From Balanoglossus misakiensis (lineage: Eukaryota; Animalia; Hemichordata), in NCBI GenBank assembly GCA_040954595.2, contig CM082577.2, positions 11,999,654 to 12,063,653 of the forward strand: a stretch of DNA of 64,000 bases, in the 5' to 3' direction. Positions within the stretch are counted from its first letter, which is position 1, and each line of letters starts with the position of its first letter. The notes under the pieces are model-generated. The model did not search any database. It was not told the origin of the DNA and was given only the letters and a program-made list of their open reading frames with translations. A program made the translations under genes and the position numbers. This document shows positions 62,801 through 64,000 of this stretch, piece after piece.

Positions 62801-64000
62801 CAGTTGTGTATACCATGGACGTAAAATAGAATTGCGCTGGCAACTCGGCAGGTAACCCTGCGTACAGGTCTGTTTGTTCCCGGCGTTACACGGCCTCCAC
62901 CACGACCCTGCAAGGCGCCATAGAAAAAACTGGTGCTTCTGCGGTCCGGATCCGGACCGCAGCAGGCCACTCGGTAGGCAACTCGACGCGCTACTCGAGT
63001 CGCGTCGCTACATCGAACAGTTTACACGGTGGGCGACTGACTGGCAACTAGTTGGGCGTAAACAGCGGCTGCGCATGTGCAGCCGCCTCAAAAGCCGATC
63101 TTCAAATTGATCTTTATCCGATCAATGCATAAATATTGGTGGTTATTCTGGGGACAGCATGCATATATTATACTTATCAATTAGCTGATAAACCTGGTCA
63201 TCTGACCAGGTATTTTTTCTTGAAAAAAAAATTTCGACTGCATACAATACGTATACTGCCTCTACTATGTATTAATATTGACATAAGAAACTAACTAATA
63301 TTGCACTTCAACAGTATCCTCATCAATAAAAACGTATTTTTTCTCAGTTAGCAGGTGATATGCAAGTCCATATCAGTAAAGAAAAAATACTAGCTTGGGT
63401 GCTTAATTTAAATGATGTATACAGAATTGTTAATCGACTACTAAATTGGACAAAATTTAAACGTTACTAAATATTGTTTTAATAAAAAAAGGAGTTACTT
63501 AAGTTTAATTACAAAAACATTGACCTATTTTATTTAAAATGTACTTGAAACCAGGTATATATATTTTTTTTATAAAAGATCAGCCGACGAGTTTAAATCA
63601 TTGCAAGACAGGGGAGTAGATTATGGGGAAATCGAAGCTGCACATCATATACAAATGTGTGAAAAATGAGGAGCGAAAAGTCGTGCCAATCTGTAAAAAC
63701 GTTATCGATAATAAACAAAATCCACGTTTCGAAATACATTGAAAGTAATAACAAAGCAAGTGGAACTTTTCAATGTAGAATAACGAAGTATATTTTTTAA
63801 AGAAAAAATATATTGATTGAAAGATTTGTTTGTATGTAAAATTATACAAATAGAACTATATATTTATAAGTTGATATGACCGGGCGAAATAGACACGTGT
63901 TTTGCCCAAAAAGATATATGATGTACACTGGTTGTGTAAGAACTTTTGAACTGTGGGCGATAATCATAAGCTGGCGTTTTCTTATTCTGAAATTTGGTTA

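Noticed and set aside
60000-64000. Short ORFs in the right-hand end of the window
   Set aside because: No motifs or consistent exon chain found; likely intergenic or decayed repeats.

Overview
Intron-rich, repeat-rich animal genomic DNA, probably from a marine invertebrate (inferred from its transposon families; the species cannot be fixed from sequence alone). Host genes were rebuilt by hand from splice sites. (1) A minus-strand STRA6-like multi-pass membrane gene, ATG at 8020, running off the left edge. (2) Two tandem plus-strand NB-ARC/TPR (NLR-like STAND) paralogs. Copy B (33329-42340, about 957 aa) is complete: N-terminal hydrophobic anchor, coiled coil, NB-ARC with a SAM-like domain inserted, then TPRs. 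Copy A (22349-28799) has an intact frame but no detectable Walker A exon. (3) A 3-exon cysteine-containing secreted orphan protein (44806-45953). A very young APE-RT non-LTR retrotransposon (9067-13657, minus) has a perfect 299-bp target-site duplication, a 2A/StopGo motif in ORF1, and an ORF2 that lacks its own start ATG and follows ORF1 in frame after a single TAG. Many MITE-, Crypton-like and Helentron-like elements are present, plus an 870-bp palindrome, a GA-rich compound microsatellite and a 156-bp satellite whose unit reads as a complete exon plus intron. All calls are by eye, without database searches.
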